Assembly (NCBI GenBank): GCA_048498995.1
Contig: JBEHWX010000014.1
Location: forward strand, 8,921 to 72,920
Direction of reading: 5' to 3'
DNA from: Bacteroidota bacterium
Lineage (GTDB): Bacteria > Bacteroidota > Ignavibacteria > OLB7
DNA length: 64,000 nt
The position numbers were made by a program, and so were the translations under genes. Each line of letters opens with the position of its first letter. Within the stretch, counting starts at the first letter, position 1. Of the stretch, positions 1 through 15,300 are shown one piece after another. Under the pieces are notes generated by a model. It saw nothing but the letters and a program-made list of their open reading frames with translations, had not been told where the DNA came from and searched no databases.

Positions 1-219
1 CCGGTCCCGGGAGCTCCGAAGCCGGGGGCTCCCAAGTCGGGATCTCCGAAGCCGGGGGCTTCCAAGCCGGGGACTCCGATGCGGAGCATCCGATGGGAGA
101 TTCCGTCACGATATCCCGGCGGATATCCTCCCGGAACGGCTGATCGCGGCGTGCTCCATCCCTCCGGCGGTTCCATGCGATTCTGACCGTTCAACTTCCT
201 CTACAACCATAAGCGAAGT

Positions 220-1380
220 ATGTCCTACCTCTTCACATCCGAGTCGGTTTCCGAAGGGCATCCCGACAAGGTGTCGGATCAGATATCCGATGCGATTCTC
301 GATGCGATCCTCTCCAAAGACTCGAAAGCCCGTGTCGCCTGCGAGACGTTCGTCACCACCGGCCTGGTGGTGATCGGTGGCGAGATCACGACCAACACCT
401 ACGTCGACTTCGCCGAGGTCGCCCGCGACACGATCCGCGAGATCGGCTACACGCGTCCGGAGCTCCGTTTCGACTGCGATTCCTGCGGCGTTCTCAACGC
501 GGTGCACTCGCAGTCCCCGGATATCGCGCAGGGAGTCGACACCGGCGGCGCCGGCGACCAGGGAATGATGTTCGGATATGCGTCGGATGAGACCGAGGAG
601 TACATGCCGATGCCGCTGATGTTCGCCCACCGGATCATGCAGCGCCTGGCCGATGTTCGCAAGATGTCCGGCTCGCCGATGCCCTATCTCCGCCCGGACG
701 CCAAGAGCCAGGTGACGATCGAGTACGACGAGGAGAACCGTCCGGTGCGCGTCGACACCATCGTGGTCTCGACGCAGCACGACCCGTTCAAGAGCTCCGA
801 GGCGATGCAGAAGAAGATCAAGGCCGATCTGATGGAGCACGTGATCCGTCAGGTGATCCCGGACGAGATGTATGACAAGCGGAAGCTGAAGTTCTACGTC
901 AATCCGACCGGCAACTTCGAGATCGGCGGACCGCACGGAGACACCGGCCTGACCGGCCGGAAGATCATCGTCGACACCTACGGCGGCCGCGCCCCGCACG
1001 GCGGCGGCGCCTTCTCCGGCAAGGACCCGTCGAAGGTCGACCGCTCGGCCGCCTACGCCGCGCGCCACCTGGCCAAGAACGTCGTGGCCGCCGGCCTGGC
1101 CCGCGAGTGCACCATCCAGGTCGCCTACGCCATCGGCGTGGCCGAGCCGGTTTCCCTCCGCGTCGACACGCACGGCACCGGCTCGATGCCGGACCGCGAG
1201 CTGGCCGCGATCCTCCAGAAGGAGATCGACATGACCCCGAAGGGAATCATGCAGCGCCTGAAGCTCCGCCGTCCGGTCTACCGCAAGACCGCCGCCTACG
1301 GCCACTTCGGCCGCTCGGGAGACGGCTTCAGCTGGGAGGCGCTCGACCTGGTCTCCAAGCTCCAGCGCGCCACCCGCTGA
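220..1380 (+). CDS. metK: S-adenosylmethionine synthetase
   Basis: The 386-aa ORF begins [28 protein letters not shown] and contains [19 protein letters not shown], the canonical MetK motifs. The antisense ORF 106-1305 is spurious. Confidence 0.95.
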   Translation: MSYLFTSESVSEGHPDKVSDQISDAILDAILSKDSKARVACETFVTTGLVVIGGEITTNTYVDFAEVARDTIREIGYTRPELRFDCDSCGVLNAVHSQSPDIAQGVDTGGAGDQGMMFGYASDETEEYMPMPLMFAHRIMQRLADVRKMSGSPMPYLRPDAKSQVTIEYDEENRPVRVDTIVVSTQHDPFKSSEAMQKKIKADLMEHVIRQVIPDEMYDKRKLKFYVNPTGNFEIGGPHGDTGLTGRKIIVDTYGGRAPHGGGAFSGKDPSKVDRSAAYAARHLAKNVVAAGLARECTIQVAYAIGVAEPVSLRVDTHGTGSMPDRELAAILQKEIDMTPKGIMQRLKLRRPVYRKTAAYGHFGRSGDGFSWEALDLVSKLQRATR

Positions 1381-1562
1381 TCGCGGGGCCGCCGGAACAA
1401 CGCAGGCTTCGTCGGTCCGGTCCCGGTCACCGGGTGATCGTTTCCCGGGGAACGGTCACCTTCGTGAGAAACGCTCGCCGATGAGCTGTCGGGACCGGAC
1501 CAGACCCCGACATCGTCTGATCACAAGCATTCATACATACACTGGGAGAATCTGGAGTAGAC

Positions 1563-2840
1563 ATGGATTTCAAGGAAGGACAGTACAAAGTCCGCGATCT
1601 TTCGCTGAAGGATGAGGGTTACCGGCTGATCGACTGGGCCGAGAGCCGCATGCCGGTGATGATGGCGCTGCGCAAGAAGTACCGCGAGACGCAGCCGCTG
1701 AAGGGCTACCGCATCGCCGGCTGCCTCCACGTCACCAAGGAGACCGCCGTGCTCTGCCGCGCGCTGCGCGACGCCGGCGCCGAGGTTTCCTGGTCCGGCT
1801 GCAACCCGCTGTCGACCAACGACGCGGTGGCCGCGGCCCTGGCCGACGACGGCATCAAGATGTACGCCTGGCACGGCCTGAGCGTCGAGGACTTCTACTG
1901 GTGCATCGAGCAGACGCTCCTGATCGAGCCGAACCTGACGCTCGATGACGGCGCCGACCTGATCTTCACGGTTCACAACAAGCACCAGGAGATGGTGCCG
2001 AACGTGATCGGTGGAACCGAGGAGACCACGACCGGCGTGCATCGCCTCCGCGCGATGGCCGCCGACGGCGCCCTCCAGTACCCGGTGATCGCCGTCAATG
2101 ACGCCGAGACCAAGTGGGACTTCGACAACGTCTACGGCACCGGCCAGTCGACGCTCGACGGCATCATCCGCGCCACGTCGGTGATGCTGGCCGGCAAGAA
2201 CTTCGTCGTCGCCGGCTACGGCCATTGCGGCAAGGGCGTTGCCCTGCGCGCCAAGGGCATGGGCGCCAACGTGATCATCACCGAGGTGAAGCCGACCGCC
2301 GCCCTGAAGGCCACGCTCGAGGGGATGCGCGTGATGGAGATGGACGAGGCCGCCAAGGTCGGCGACATCTTCGTGACCGCCACCGGCATCAAGGACATCA
2401 TCGTCAAGCGTCACTTCGAGTCGATGAAGGATGGCGCGATCGTCTGCAACACCGGTCACTACGACTGCGAGATCAACCTCGGCGACCTCGAGGAGATGGC
2501 CAAGGGGAAGCGCACGATCCGCGACAACAACGAGGAGTACGACATGGCCGACGGCCGCAAGGTCTACGTCCTGGCGCAGGGTCGTCTGGTGAACCTGGCC
2601 GCGGCCGAGGGACATCCGTCGGAGGTGATGGACATGTCGTTCGCCAACCAGTTCATGTCGCAGATCCGCCTGGCCGAGGCTCACGCCAAGGGGGAGAAGT
2701 GGGAGAACAAGGTGTACGACATCCCGGAGGAGCAGGACCAGATGATCGCCCGCCTGAAGCTGGAGACGATGGGTATCGACATCGATGCCCTCACCGCGGA
2801 GCAGGTGGAGTACATGGACGATTACTCGGCCGGTACCTGA
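1563..2840 (+). CDS. ahcY: Adenosylhomocysteinase (S-adenosyl-L-homocysteine hydrolase)
   Basis: The 425-aa ORF has the typical SAHH N-terminus (DFKEGQYKVRDLSLKDEGYRLIDWAE) and an NAD-binding region (VVAGYGHCGKGVALRAKGMGANVIITE). A GGAG-type RBS lies upstream. Confidence 0.95.
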   Translation: MDFKEGQYKVRDLSLKDEGYRLIDWAESRMPVMMALRKKYRETQPLKGYRIAGCLHVTKETAVLCRALRDAGAEVSWSGCNPLSTNDAVAAALADDGIKMYAWHGLSVEDFYWCIEQTLLIEPNLTLDDGADLIFTVHNKHQEMVPNVIGGTEETTTGVHRLRAMAADGALQYPVIAVNDAETKWDFDNVYGTGQSTLDGIIRATSVMLAGKNFVVAGYGHCGKGVALRAKGMGANVIITEVKPTAALKATLEGMRVMEMDEAAKVGDIFVTATGIKDIIVKRHFESMKDGAIVCNTGHYDCEINLGDLEEMAKGKRTIRDNNEEYDMADGRKVYVLAQGRLVNLAAAEGHPSEVMDMSFANQFMSQIRLAEAHAKGEKWENKVYDIPEEQDQMIARLKLETMGIDIDALTAEQVEYMDDYSAGT

Positions 2841-2905
2841 TCCGGAATCCGAGTTCGGATCGGTCGCGGCCATATCGGTCGCGGCCGCTATAGTCTCGAA
2901 ACGAC

Positions 2906-2937
2906 GAAGGGCGCGGAGTGAACACTCCGCGCCCTTC
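2906..2937. terminator. Perfect GC-rich hairpin between convergent ahcY and a small membrane-protein gene
   Basis: GAAGGGCGCGGAGTG-AACA-CTCCGCGCCCTTC forms a 14-bp perfect stem. There is no strong T-run, so it is a possible bidirectional or Rho-assisted terminator. Confidence 0.45.
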
Positions 2938-3136
2938 GCGCGTGTACCTGCGTGGGCATCTCGAATCGACCGCGCCTTCCCGGCGCGACGATGGTGGGGA
3001 GGGCTCGCCGACCGCGGCGGAACTATCCGGCGCGCCGTCGATCGGCGCGCCTCTCTCGGCTCACGGTCCGAACGGCTTCGGCTCCCATTCCCTGGATCCG
3101 GCGCACTCAGGCGCCGGGTGCTCAGTCGCCAGGCGC

Positions 3137-3337
3137 TCAGTCGCTCAGGCGGCGTCCGGCTCCGAGCATCCCGCTGAACACCCTGTAGAGGACGTAGACC
3201 ACGGTTGCCACCACGGCGCCCCAGATCAGGAACATGAACAGCTTGATCGCCACGCCGAGCAGGACGAAAAAGACTTTGACGAGGATGAAGCCGACGACGA
3301 TGGCGCCGACGAGCGCGAGGATATTCTTCATAGTCAT
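3137..3337 (-). CDS. Small hydrophobic membrane protein (2 TM), hypothetical
   Basis: The ATG at 3337 (MTMKNILALVGAIVVGFILVKVFFVLLGVAIKLFMFLIWGAVVATVVYVLYRVF...) is preceded by AGGAGAA. The longer ORF to 3409 lacks an RBS. Confidence 0.4.
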   Translation of the reverse strand: MTMKNILALVGAIVVGFILVKVFFVLLGVAIKLFMFLIWGAVVATVVYVLYRVFSGMLGAGRRLSD

Positions 3338-3539
3338 GACCGTTGTTCTCCTGTTGAAGTGCCCGAAGCAGTGCTTCCGGTGGAAGCGTCGGCCACGGGA
3401 CCCACGCAATTGGCTACATTATAAGGAATCGAATCTGTTCGAGGTACGCCGATGAATCGGACTTCCGGTTGCTACGCGGACCGATCGTCCGGGTTTCACT
3501 GGTCGTGAAATTGGAACAAGGAATGGTGGAAACGACGCG

Positions 3540-4688
3540 ATGAACAAGTCCGAGTCCCGATCGGCGCCACGCGGCGAGGCGCGGGGAGCCACACATGGCG
3601 CCGCGCATGAGCCCTCGCGAGGCGCCTCGCGCGAAGCGCCTCGCGAGGGCGCGCTCGACGCGGCCACCGCCCAGGCGCTCCGGCGCAGGGCGGCGATGAT
3701 CTCCTTCGGCGTCGGCGTCGCGATGTTCGTGATGAAGACGACCGGCTACATGATCACCAACTCCGCGGCGATCCTCTCCGACGCCATGGAATCGGTGGTG
3801 CACGTGGTCGCCACCGGCATCGCGCTCTACAGCATCATCCTGATCGGCCGTCCCGCCGATCGGGAGCATCCCTACGGCTACGGCAAGGCCGAGTACTTCT
3901 CGGCCGGCGTGGAGGGGGCGCTGATCGTGATAGCGGCCATCGCCATCTGCTACGAGGCGACGCGGGATCTGATCAACGGCAGCCATCTCAAGGCGCTCGA
4001 CGTGGGAGCCTGGGTGGTCGGCGCCGCCGGCGCCATCAACCTGCTGCTCGGCTACTACCTGGTGCGCACCGGCAAGAAGACCAATTCGCTCGCCCTGGTC
4101 GCCGACGGCAAGCATGTGCTGACCGACAGCTACACGTCGATCGGGGTGCTGGTCGGCGTGATCCTGGTGGCGATCACCAAGCTCACGATCCTCGATCCTC
4201 TCTTCGCCATCGGCGTCGCGCTCAACATCATCTTCACCGGCTATCATCTGGTGGGGGAATCGATCCGGGGGCTGATGAACGTGGCCGAGCCGGAGCTGCT
4301 CGAGCGGATCGTGACGGTGATCAACCGGAACCGCACGCCGGACATGATCGACATTCACCGGCTCCGCGCCTGGAGCAGCGGACAGCGCCGGTTCATCGAC
4401 TTCCACCTGACGCTCCCGTACTTCTATTCCCTCCGCCGCGCGCACGAGGTGGGGGAGGTGCTGCACGACGCGATCCGGGGAGAATTCAGCGGAGAAGCGG
4501 AGGTGATGATCCACCTCGATGCATGTAACGACGATTGCTGCGTCTACTGTTCCAAGGAGCCGTGCGATCATCGCGGGAGCGCGCCACGGGACCGGCACGA
4601 GCTGACCGTGGCCTCGGCCGTCGCCGAGCCGACCTATCTCCGGCTCCGGACCGCCACGATCTCGGACATCCCGACGGATCGTCCGTAA
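3540..4688 (+). CDS. Cation diffusion facilitator (CDF) family metal efflux transporter
   Basis: The TM core has CDF signatures (ILSDAMESVVHVVATGIALYS; LVADGKHVLTDSYTSIGVLVGV) and a C-terminal cytoplasmic domain that is Cys-rich (CNDDCCVYCSKEPCDHRG). The start is uncertain: the N-terminus is low-complexity and contains a DNA palindrome, and the ATG at 3693 is an alternative. Confidence 0.75.
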   Translation: MNKSESRSAPRGEARGATHGAAHEPSRGASREAPREGALDAATAQALRRRAAMISFGVGVAMFVMKTTGYMITNSAAILSDAMESVVHVVATGIALYSIILIGRPADREHPYGYGKAEYFSAGVEGALIVIAAIAICYEATRDLINGSHLKALDVGAWVVGAAGAINLLLGYYLVRTGKKTNSLALVADGKHVLTDSYTSIGVLVGVILVAITKLTILDPLFAIGVALNIIFTGYHLVGESIRGLMNVAEPELLERIVTVINRNRTPDMIDIHRLRAWSSGQRRFIDFHLTLPYFYSLRRAHEVGEVLHDAIRGEFSGEAEVMIHLDACNDDCCVYCSKEPCDHRGSAPRDRHELTVASAVAEPTYLRLRTATISDIPTDRP

Positions 4689-4759
4689 TATCGGTTTCAC
4701 CGGGTGCCGGCATCGCGCCATGGCGCCGACATCGCAACATTGTTCTTCAGGAGGAGCTC

Positions 4760-5071
4760 ATGCCGACCAAGATGTATATCAACGGAAGGGAGGTCACCAA
4801 CCCGGTGGTCAAGGGGATGCTCGCGCCGTTCATCGCGCTGATGCTCCTGGCGATCCTCGGCATCGTCCTGCTCTTCGTGATTCCGGTGGCGGGGCTGCTG
4901 ATCGGTGGGGCGGCCGTGGCCCTGGCCGGCGGCGGGCTCGGCTACCTGCTCCGCTCCCGTCTCCGCTCCCGACACGGCGTTGCCACCGGTGGGCAGCCGA
5001 GGATCGAGGAGGCGGAGGTGATCAACATCGAGGATACCGCCAAGCGGGATAATCGTCGGATCGAGGAGTGA
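4760..5071 (+). CDS. Small membrane protein, hypothetical
   Basis: An ATG at 4760 follows an AGGAGG RBS. The 103-aa product has one long hydrophobic stretch (MLAPFIALMLLAILGIVLLFVIPVAGLLIGGAAVALAGGGLGYLL) and a charged tail. Confidence 0.4.
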   Translation: MPTKMYINGREVTNPVVKGMLAPFIALMLLAILGIVLLFVIPVAGLLIGGAAVALAGGGLGYLLRSRLRSRHGVATGGQPRIEEAEVINIEDTAKRDNRRIEE

Positions 5072-5160
5072 CGCGGTCGTCGGAGACGACGCGGTCGTCG
5101 GAGACGACGCGGTCGGCGGCCCGTATCGGGACCGGGGCCGGCTCCGCGTGGGGGGGGGGA
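5071..5160. repeat. 18-bp tandem repeat (~2.7 copies) followed by a G10 homopolymer tract
   Basis: GACGCGGTCGTCGGAGAC repeats at 5071-5120, and GGGGGGGGGG lies at 5151-5160. Both sit in the convergent intergenic region between the small membrane gene and the giant kinase gene. Confidence 0.6.
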
Positions 5161-5251
5161 AAAGGGATCGGGCCTCCTGGGGGTCCGGGCGCCCCGCCAT
5201 TGTTTCGAAGATCGTCGAGGATCGCGTCTCAGGCTCGCGGGCCGTCGGAGC

Positions 5252-10519
<5,268 letters not shown>

Positions 10520-11295
10520 TGGTGGACCGACGCGCCGGATACCGGACAGTCGCGTGGTCTGCGGATCGTTCTCATCGGAATGCGATCGCGCCCTCGGGAC
10601 ATCCGGCCGGGGAATCGGATGACGCATCGCCGGAGATCGCGCCGATCGCATCGCGCAAATATACGGCATGCCGCACCTGCCGCGATGCGGACGATATATG
10701 GATATATGAGGTATTGGAAGATGGCTGTCGATCCGCCCGGTCGGCGCCGCTCAACCGGCGATCAAGGCGGCCACCTGGTGCCCCACCCGACGACCGAATC
10801 CGTGTCGACGGCGAACGCGATGGCGGGAGATTTCGATCTCGATCGGAGATAACGACGGTGTTCCTCATCACCGAGTCTCATCGTCATGACGATGTGGGAA
10901 GGGATGATGGAGCGGGGCCCGGCAACCACCTCGCGCCTCGTCGAGATGGGATGTTCGTTGCCGGAGAAGGCATTCGCGTCGCCGTGGACGAACGGCCGCA
11001 TCCGTTGGCTGGATATTTCGGATCGGGAAATGGTCGCGCGGGGAGCTGTATGATTCGTCGCGCGCGCCCGTGGTCCGCGATGAGCTCCGGAGAGCGTTGG
11101 GATGATAAACGCGCGAGGTGGGAAGCAGGTGATGGCGTGTGTCCGCGGATTGCAACCGTATCGGCCGGCACGCGGCGAACCGATGTCTGCCGCGCGAGTC
11201 CGAGTGCCGTCATGGAGAGAGTCGCGCGCGGGGAGAATCTCGTCGACCTTCTACCGTCGCGACGCTCGAATCGTTCGATGCTGGCGGATGCCGGG

Positions 11296-11637
11296 AGTAG
11301 GGAGGGATGCGCGCCTCGGGCCGAACCCAGGGAGGGTTCTCATCAGTCTTCTGCCGCAAAAAGCTGCAAGCCCGTGCTGTGCCACGACTCCCGGATCATT
11401 TCGATGAAGAAGAGAGAGTGATGCGCGCCTCGGGTCGAACCCGGGGAGGGTTCTCATCAACCTCCCGCGCCGCAATGGCAACCAGCTCTCGTTGTGCGGC
11501 GCGAGCCTCTGGAACGTTTCGATGCCGATGGATGAAGAGAAGAGAGAGGGATGCGCGCGGCTGCGCCGCGCGGCCCTTCGGCGCTACGCGCCTCCGGGTC
11601 GAACCCAGGGAGGGTTCTCATCAGCCTCCCGCGCCAC
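11296..11637. repeat. Three degenerate direct repeats (~115-130 bp period), each resembling the tRNA-Ser 3' end plus its terminator
   Basis: The cores lie at 11304-11346, 11418-11460 and 11548-11624. Each reads (GA)nGGGATGCGCGC..CTCGGGTCGAACCCAGGGAGGGTTCTCATCA, compared with GAGAGAGGGATTCGAACCCTCGG in the tRNA 3' end. The spacers are decayed copies of the AAAAAGCAACAGGGCTCGCGC hairpin. Confidence 0.6.
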
Positions 11638-11684
11638 AAAAAGCAACAGGGCTCGCGCTTGCGGCGCGAGCCCTGTTGCTTTTT
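11638..11684. terminator. Bidirectional rho-independent terminator
   Basis: AAAAA-GCAACAGGGCTCGCGC-TTGCG-GCGCGAGCCCTGTTGC-TTTTT forms a 16-bp perfect stem flanked by an A-run and a T-run. It lies immediately 3' of the minus-strand tRNA-Ser. Confidence 0.8.
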
Positions 11685-11685
11685 G

Positions 11686-11776
11686 CGGAGAGAGAGGGAT
11701 TCGAACCCTCGGTAGCGGCTAATACCACTACGACGGTTTAGCAAACCGTTGCCTTCAGCCACTCGGCCATCTCTCC
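11686..11776 (-). tRNA. tRNA-Ser (anticodon GCU)
   Basis: The reverse complement reads GGAGAGATGGCCGAGTGGCTGAAGGCAACGGTTTGCTAAACCGT-[long variable arm CGTAGTGGTATTAGCCGCTAC]-CGAGGGTTCGAATCCCTCTCTCTCCG. It is a class II tRNA with a 7-bp acceptor, the anticodon loop TTGCTAA, a T-loop TTCGAAT and discriminator G. No CCA is encoded. Confidence 0.85.
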
Positions 11777-12369
11777 GAGTCTCGAAGCATTCCCTCTGGT
11801 CGCGCCGGTCGAAACGGCGATCGTCACCGAAGGGATCGCAAAGATAAGCAAAGGAGGAGGGAATGACCGCGAGAGTTGGCGCTTCGATGAAAAATTTTTT
11901 CTCTCCGATCCGATCCTCTTCCTCCATTACGGAGGAGAATAGGGGATACGCCCGATCGCATCGAGCAACGAGGGGCCTTTCGCATAGGGGGCTGGTAACA
12001 TCCACCGTGGCAGATTACCTGTTGCATCCCGTAACGTCTTGGCGTATGTTTGTCCCGCTCACTTGTGAAGAGGCCAACTACGCACCGCTGAATGTCGGAT
12101 CAAGGGCTCACCTCCCCGTAATTGAGGCCGACGTTATTTGATCGGAAGAAATCCGAGACGAAACAACCTCGAACTTTCAATTCTCTGATTCTCGAACACG
12201 CTCGACCGGGCGGCCACTAGTACGAACCGCACGCACAAGCGCTCTGTCGATCGTTGCCATACGTACGCACCGCAGCTACTGACAATATCATCCCCCTCGA
12301 AGAACGTTCCGCACGCGAGCGTGACAGGGCTGCTCATTGTCACAAGCGAATCTCAGCAACGGATCCACC

Positions 12370-15300
12370 ATGAAAAACTCGGCTACAACGACGTTGCGAG
12401 CCCTCTCGATCTGCATGCTCATGCTCGGGATCGGGGGAAGCGCTCAGGCGCAGTCGACCGGACGGCGCGTGATCGCGCATGTCGTCGCTCTCGACCAACC
12501 CTACATGTTCAATCGTCTCGGCGCCGCCCAACCGGCCGGGATGATCTACGCGCTTCTGCGCGACATCGTCCCGATCGACAAGTCGAAGGGGCTTGTCGCC
12601 GGCAACGTCCGTCTTCGGAGCGGCAAGCGTCCGCGTCCGATCGTCCTGCGCGTCAATCAGGGGGATACGCTCACCATCTACTTCACCAACTATCTCAAGC
12701 CCGCCACGCCCGGCGCCACGCTCAGTCCCTACCCGCCGCAGACGGTGACGATGGACACGCTGGCCTCGGGCCTCGGGGCAACCGAGACGCGCTACGCCGG
12801 CATCCATATCATGGGGCTGCAGCCGCTCGACACGATCAACTCCGACGGCACCTGGGCCGGCGCCAACGATGACGGACAGGTCGCCCCCGGAGGCTCGACC
12901 GTCTACAACCTCTACGCGCCGGAGCAGGGGAGCTTCCTTCTCTACAGCATGGCGGCCACCGCCAGCGGCACCGGCAACTCCAAGCCGGGCGCGTTCTCCT
13001 CGAGCACCTTCAACGTCGGCCAGATGCAGCTCGGACTCTTCGGCTCGGTCGCCGTCGAGCCTCCCGGCGCCGAGTGGTACCGCAGCCAGGTCACGCAGCT
13101 CGATCTGGCCGCCGCGACCACGAAGTGGATCGACTCCACCGGCAAGACCGTCACGCCGCTGACCGGCTATCCGGTGATCAACTACCAGGCACAGATCCTC
13201 GGCGTGCCGGTCCTGAGCATGCTGCAGAAGGCCGGCGCCGATTCGCTCGAGCTGGTCTACTCCGATCTGACCGCGGTGATCACCGGTCCGAACGCGGGGC
13301 CGTTCACCAACACGTCGAACGATCCGACCTTCGATCAGAACCCGGCCTATCCGAACCGGACGCAGCCGTACCGCGAGATCGTGCTCCACTATCACGAGCC
13401 GCAGAACGCGGCGGTGCAGGCGTTCCCGACCTTTTACGGCAGTCAGAAGACGCTGCTGACCTCCTCCGGCGGCGACAACTTCGCCATCAACTACGGCATC
13501 GCCGGCATCGGACCGGAGATCTACGCCAACCGCATCGGCGTGGGCCCGATGGACAGCTGCGTCAACTGCGCCTACGAGGAGTTCTTCCTCAGCTCCTGGG
13601 CCGTCGGCGATCCGGCGATGGTCGTGGATATTCCGGCCAACGCCAGCTCGGCGACAACCGGCGCGGCCGACAGCTCGCTGCAGACGCAGATGATGTACTC
13701 GGTCGGCGCCACCGTGCCGAACCCGCCGCCGACGCCGGCGCTCGGACCAAAGGCCTCCGTCGCCTATTTCCCGGACGATCCCTCGAACGTCTATCACTCG
13801 TATCTGGGTGACCACACCGTGTTCCGCGTGCATCACGCGGGCGCCGGCGTGACCCACATCCATCATCAGCACGCGCATCAGTGGCTCCGCTCGCCGAACA
13901 GTGCCAACAGCGATTATCTGGACAGCCAGACGATCGATCCGGGCTCGTCCTACACGCTGGACATGACCTATTTCGGCAGCGGCAACAAGAACCTGACCGT
14001 GGGAGATCAGATCTTCCACTGCCATTTCTACCCGCACTTCGCGCAGGGAATGTGGGGACTCTGGCGCGTGCACGACGTGCTGGAGATCGGCTCGATCCTG
14101 AACCCGCTGAACGGCCATCCGATCGCCGGAACGCGCGCGCTCCCGGATGCCGAGATCAAGACCGGCACGCCGATCCCGGCCATCGTCCCGCTGCCGACGC
14201 TGGCCATGGCCCCGGTGCCGGGCGCCGTCGCCATCGATCAGACCTCCGGCCAGATCGTGATCAAGGACACGACCCGCAACCCGGGCTTCCCCTTCTTCAT
14301 TCCGGGCGTCTCCGGCAGCCGCGCTCCGCAGCCGCCGATGGACTTCGCCTCCGGCGTCTTCTACAAGCCGGACGGCTATGGCGGGATGACGCGTGACAGC
14401 GGAACGCTCAACGGCGGACTGCCGCGCCACGTCGTGGTCGGCGGCAAGGTGGTCTGGCAGCAGATGACCAGCACCGACTGGACCAAGATCATCGACACGC
14501 TCGTCGCCATCCAGCTCCCGGATTCCGGCACCACGGTGGAGAAGGTCGCCATGAGCTTCCATGCCGTGCGCAACCACACCACGGTGACCCCCAGCGGCGC
14601 CACCGGCGCGACCTTCACGACCAACGGCCGTCCGCCGGCGCCGGGCGCTCCGTTCGCCGATCCGGCCGTCGACATGAACGGCAACCCGATCGCCAACAAG
14701 CGAGTCTACAAGGCCGCCGCCATTCAGATGGACGCGGTGTTCAACAAGAAGGGATGGCACTTCCCGCAGCAGCGGATGCTGATGCTCTGGGACGACGTGA
14801 AGCCGACGATCGCCGGAACGCGCCCGCCGCAGCCCTTCTTCTTCCGCGTCAACAGCAACGAGTACGTCGAGTTCCAGCACACCAACCTGGTCCCCGGCTA
14901 CTATGAGCTCGACAACTTCCAGGTCCGCACGCCGACCGACATCATCGGCCAGCATATCCACCTGGTGAAGTTCGACGTCACCTCCTCCGACGGCGCGGCC
15001 AACGGCTTCAACTACGAGGACGGCACCTTCGCGCCGGATCAGGTGGTCGAGCGGATCCACGGCATCAACGACGGACAGCTCTACGCCTACAAGTTCCGTC
15101 CGGGCGTGCCGGTCTCCAGCTACGCCGGCCTGCAGTCGCTCCCGGATCTGGCGCCGACGATGCCGGACACGACCGTCTTCGGCCAGCCGCCGAGCTACAA
15201 CCAGCAGAGCTGGCTCGGCGCGCAGACCACGATCCAGCGCTGGTACGCCGATCCGCTGCTGAACAACGCCGGCGTCGACCGGACGATGCGGACCGTCTTC

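Noticed and set aside
106-2873. Long minus-strand ORFs (106-1305, 1521-2873) overlapping metK and ahcY
   Set aside because: They are antisense to two unmistakable housekeeping genes. They are low-complexity Gly/Arg/Val-rich translations, so they are spurious.
3105-3150. Short GCGCTCAGTCGC-type tandem repeats downstream of the small membrane gene
   Set aside because: There are only ~3 imperfect copies in a convergent 3' UTR. This is too short and degenerate to call a functional repeat.
11296-11637. Possible CRISPR array or REP element
   Set aside because: There are only three units, the period is irregular (114 and 130 bp), and there is no repeat-spacer regularity. The units share sequence with the adjacent tRNA-Ser 3' end and terminator, so an att-site or tRNA-duplication footprint is the better explanation.
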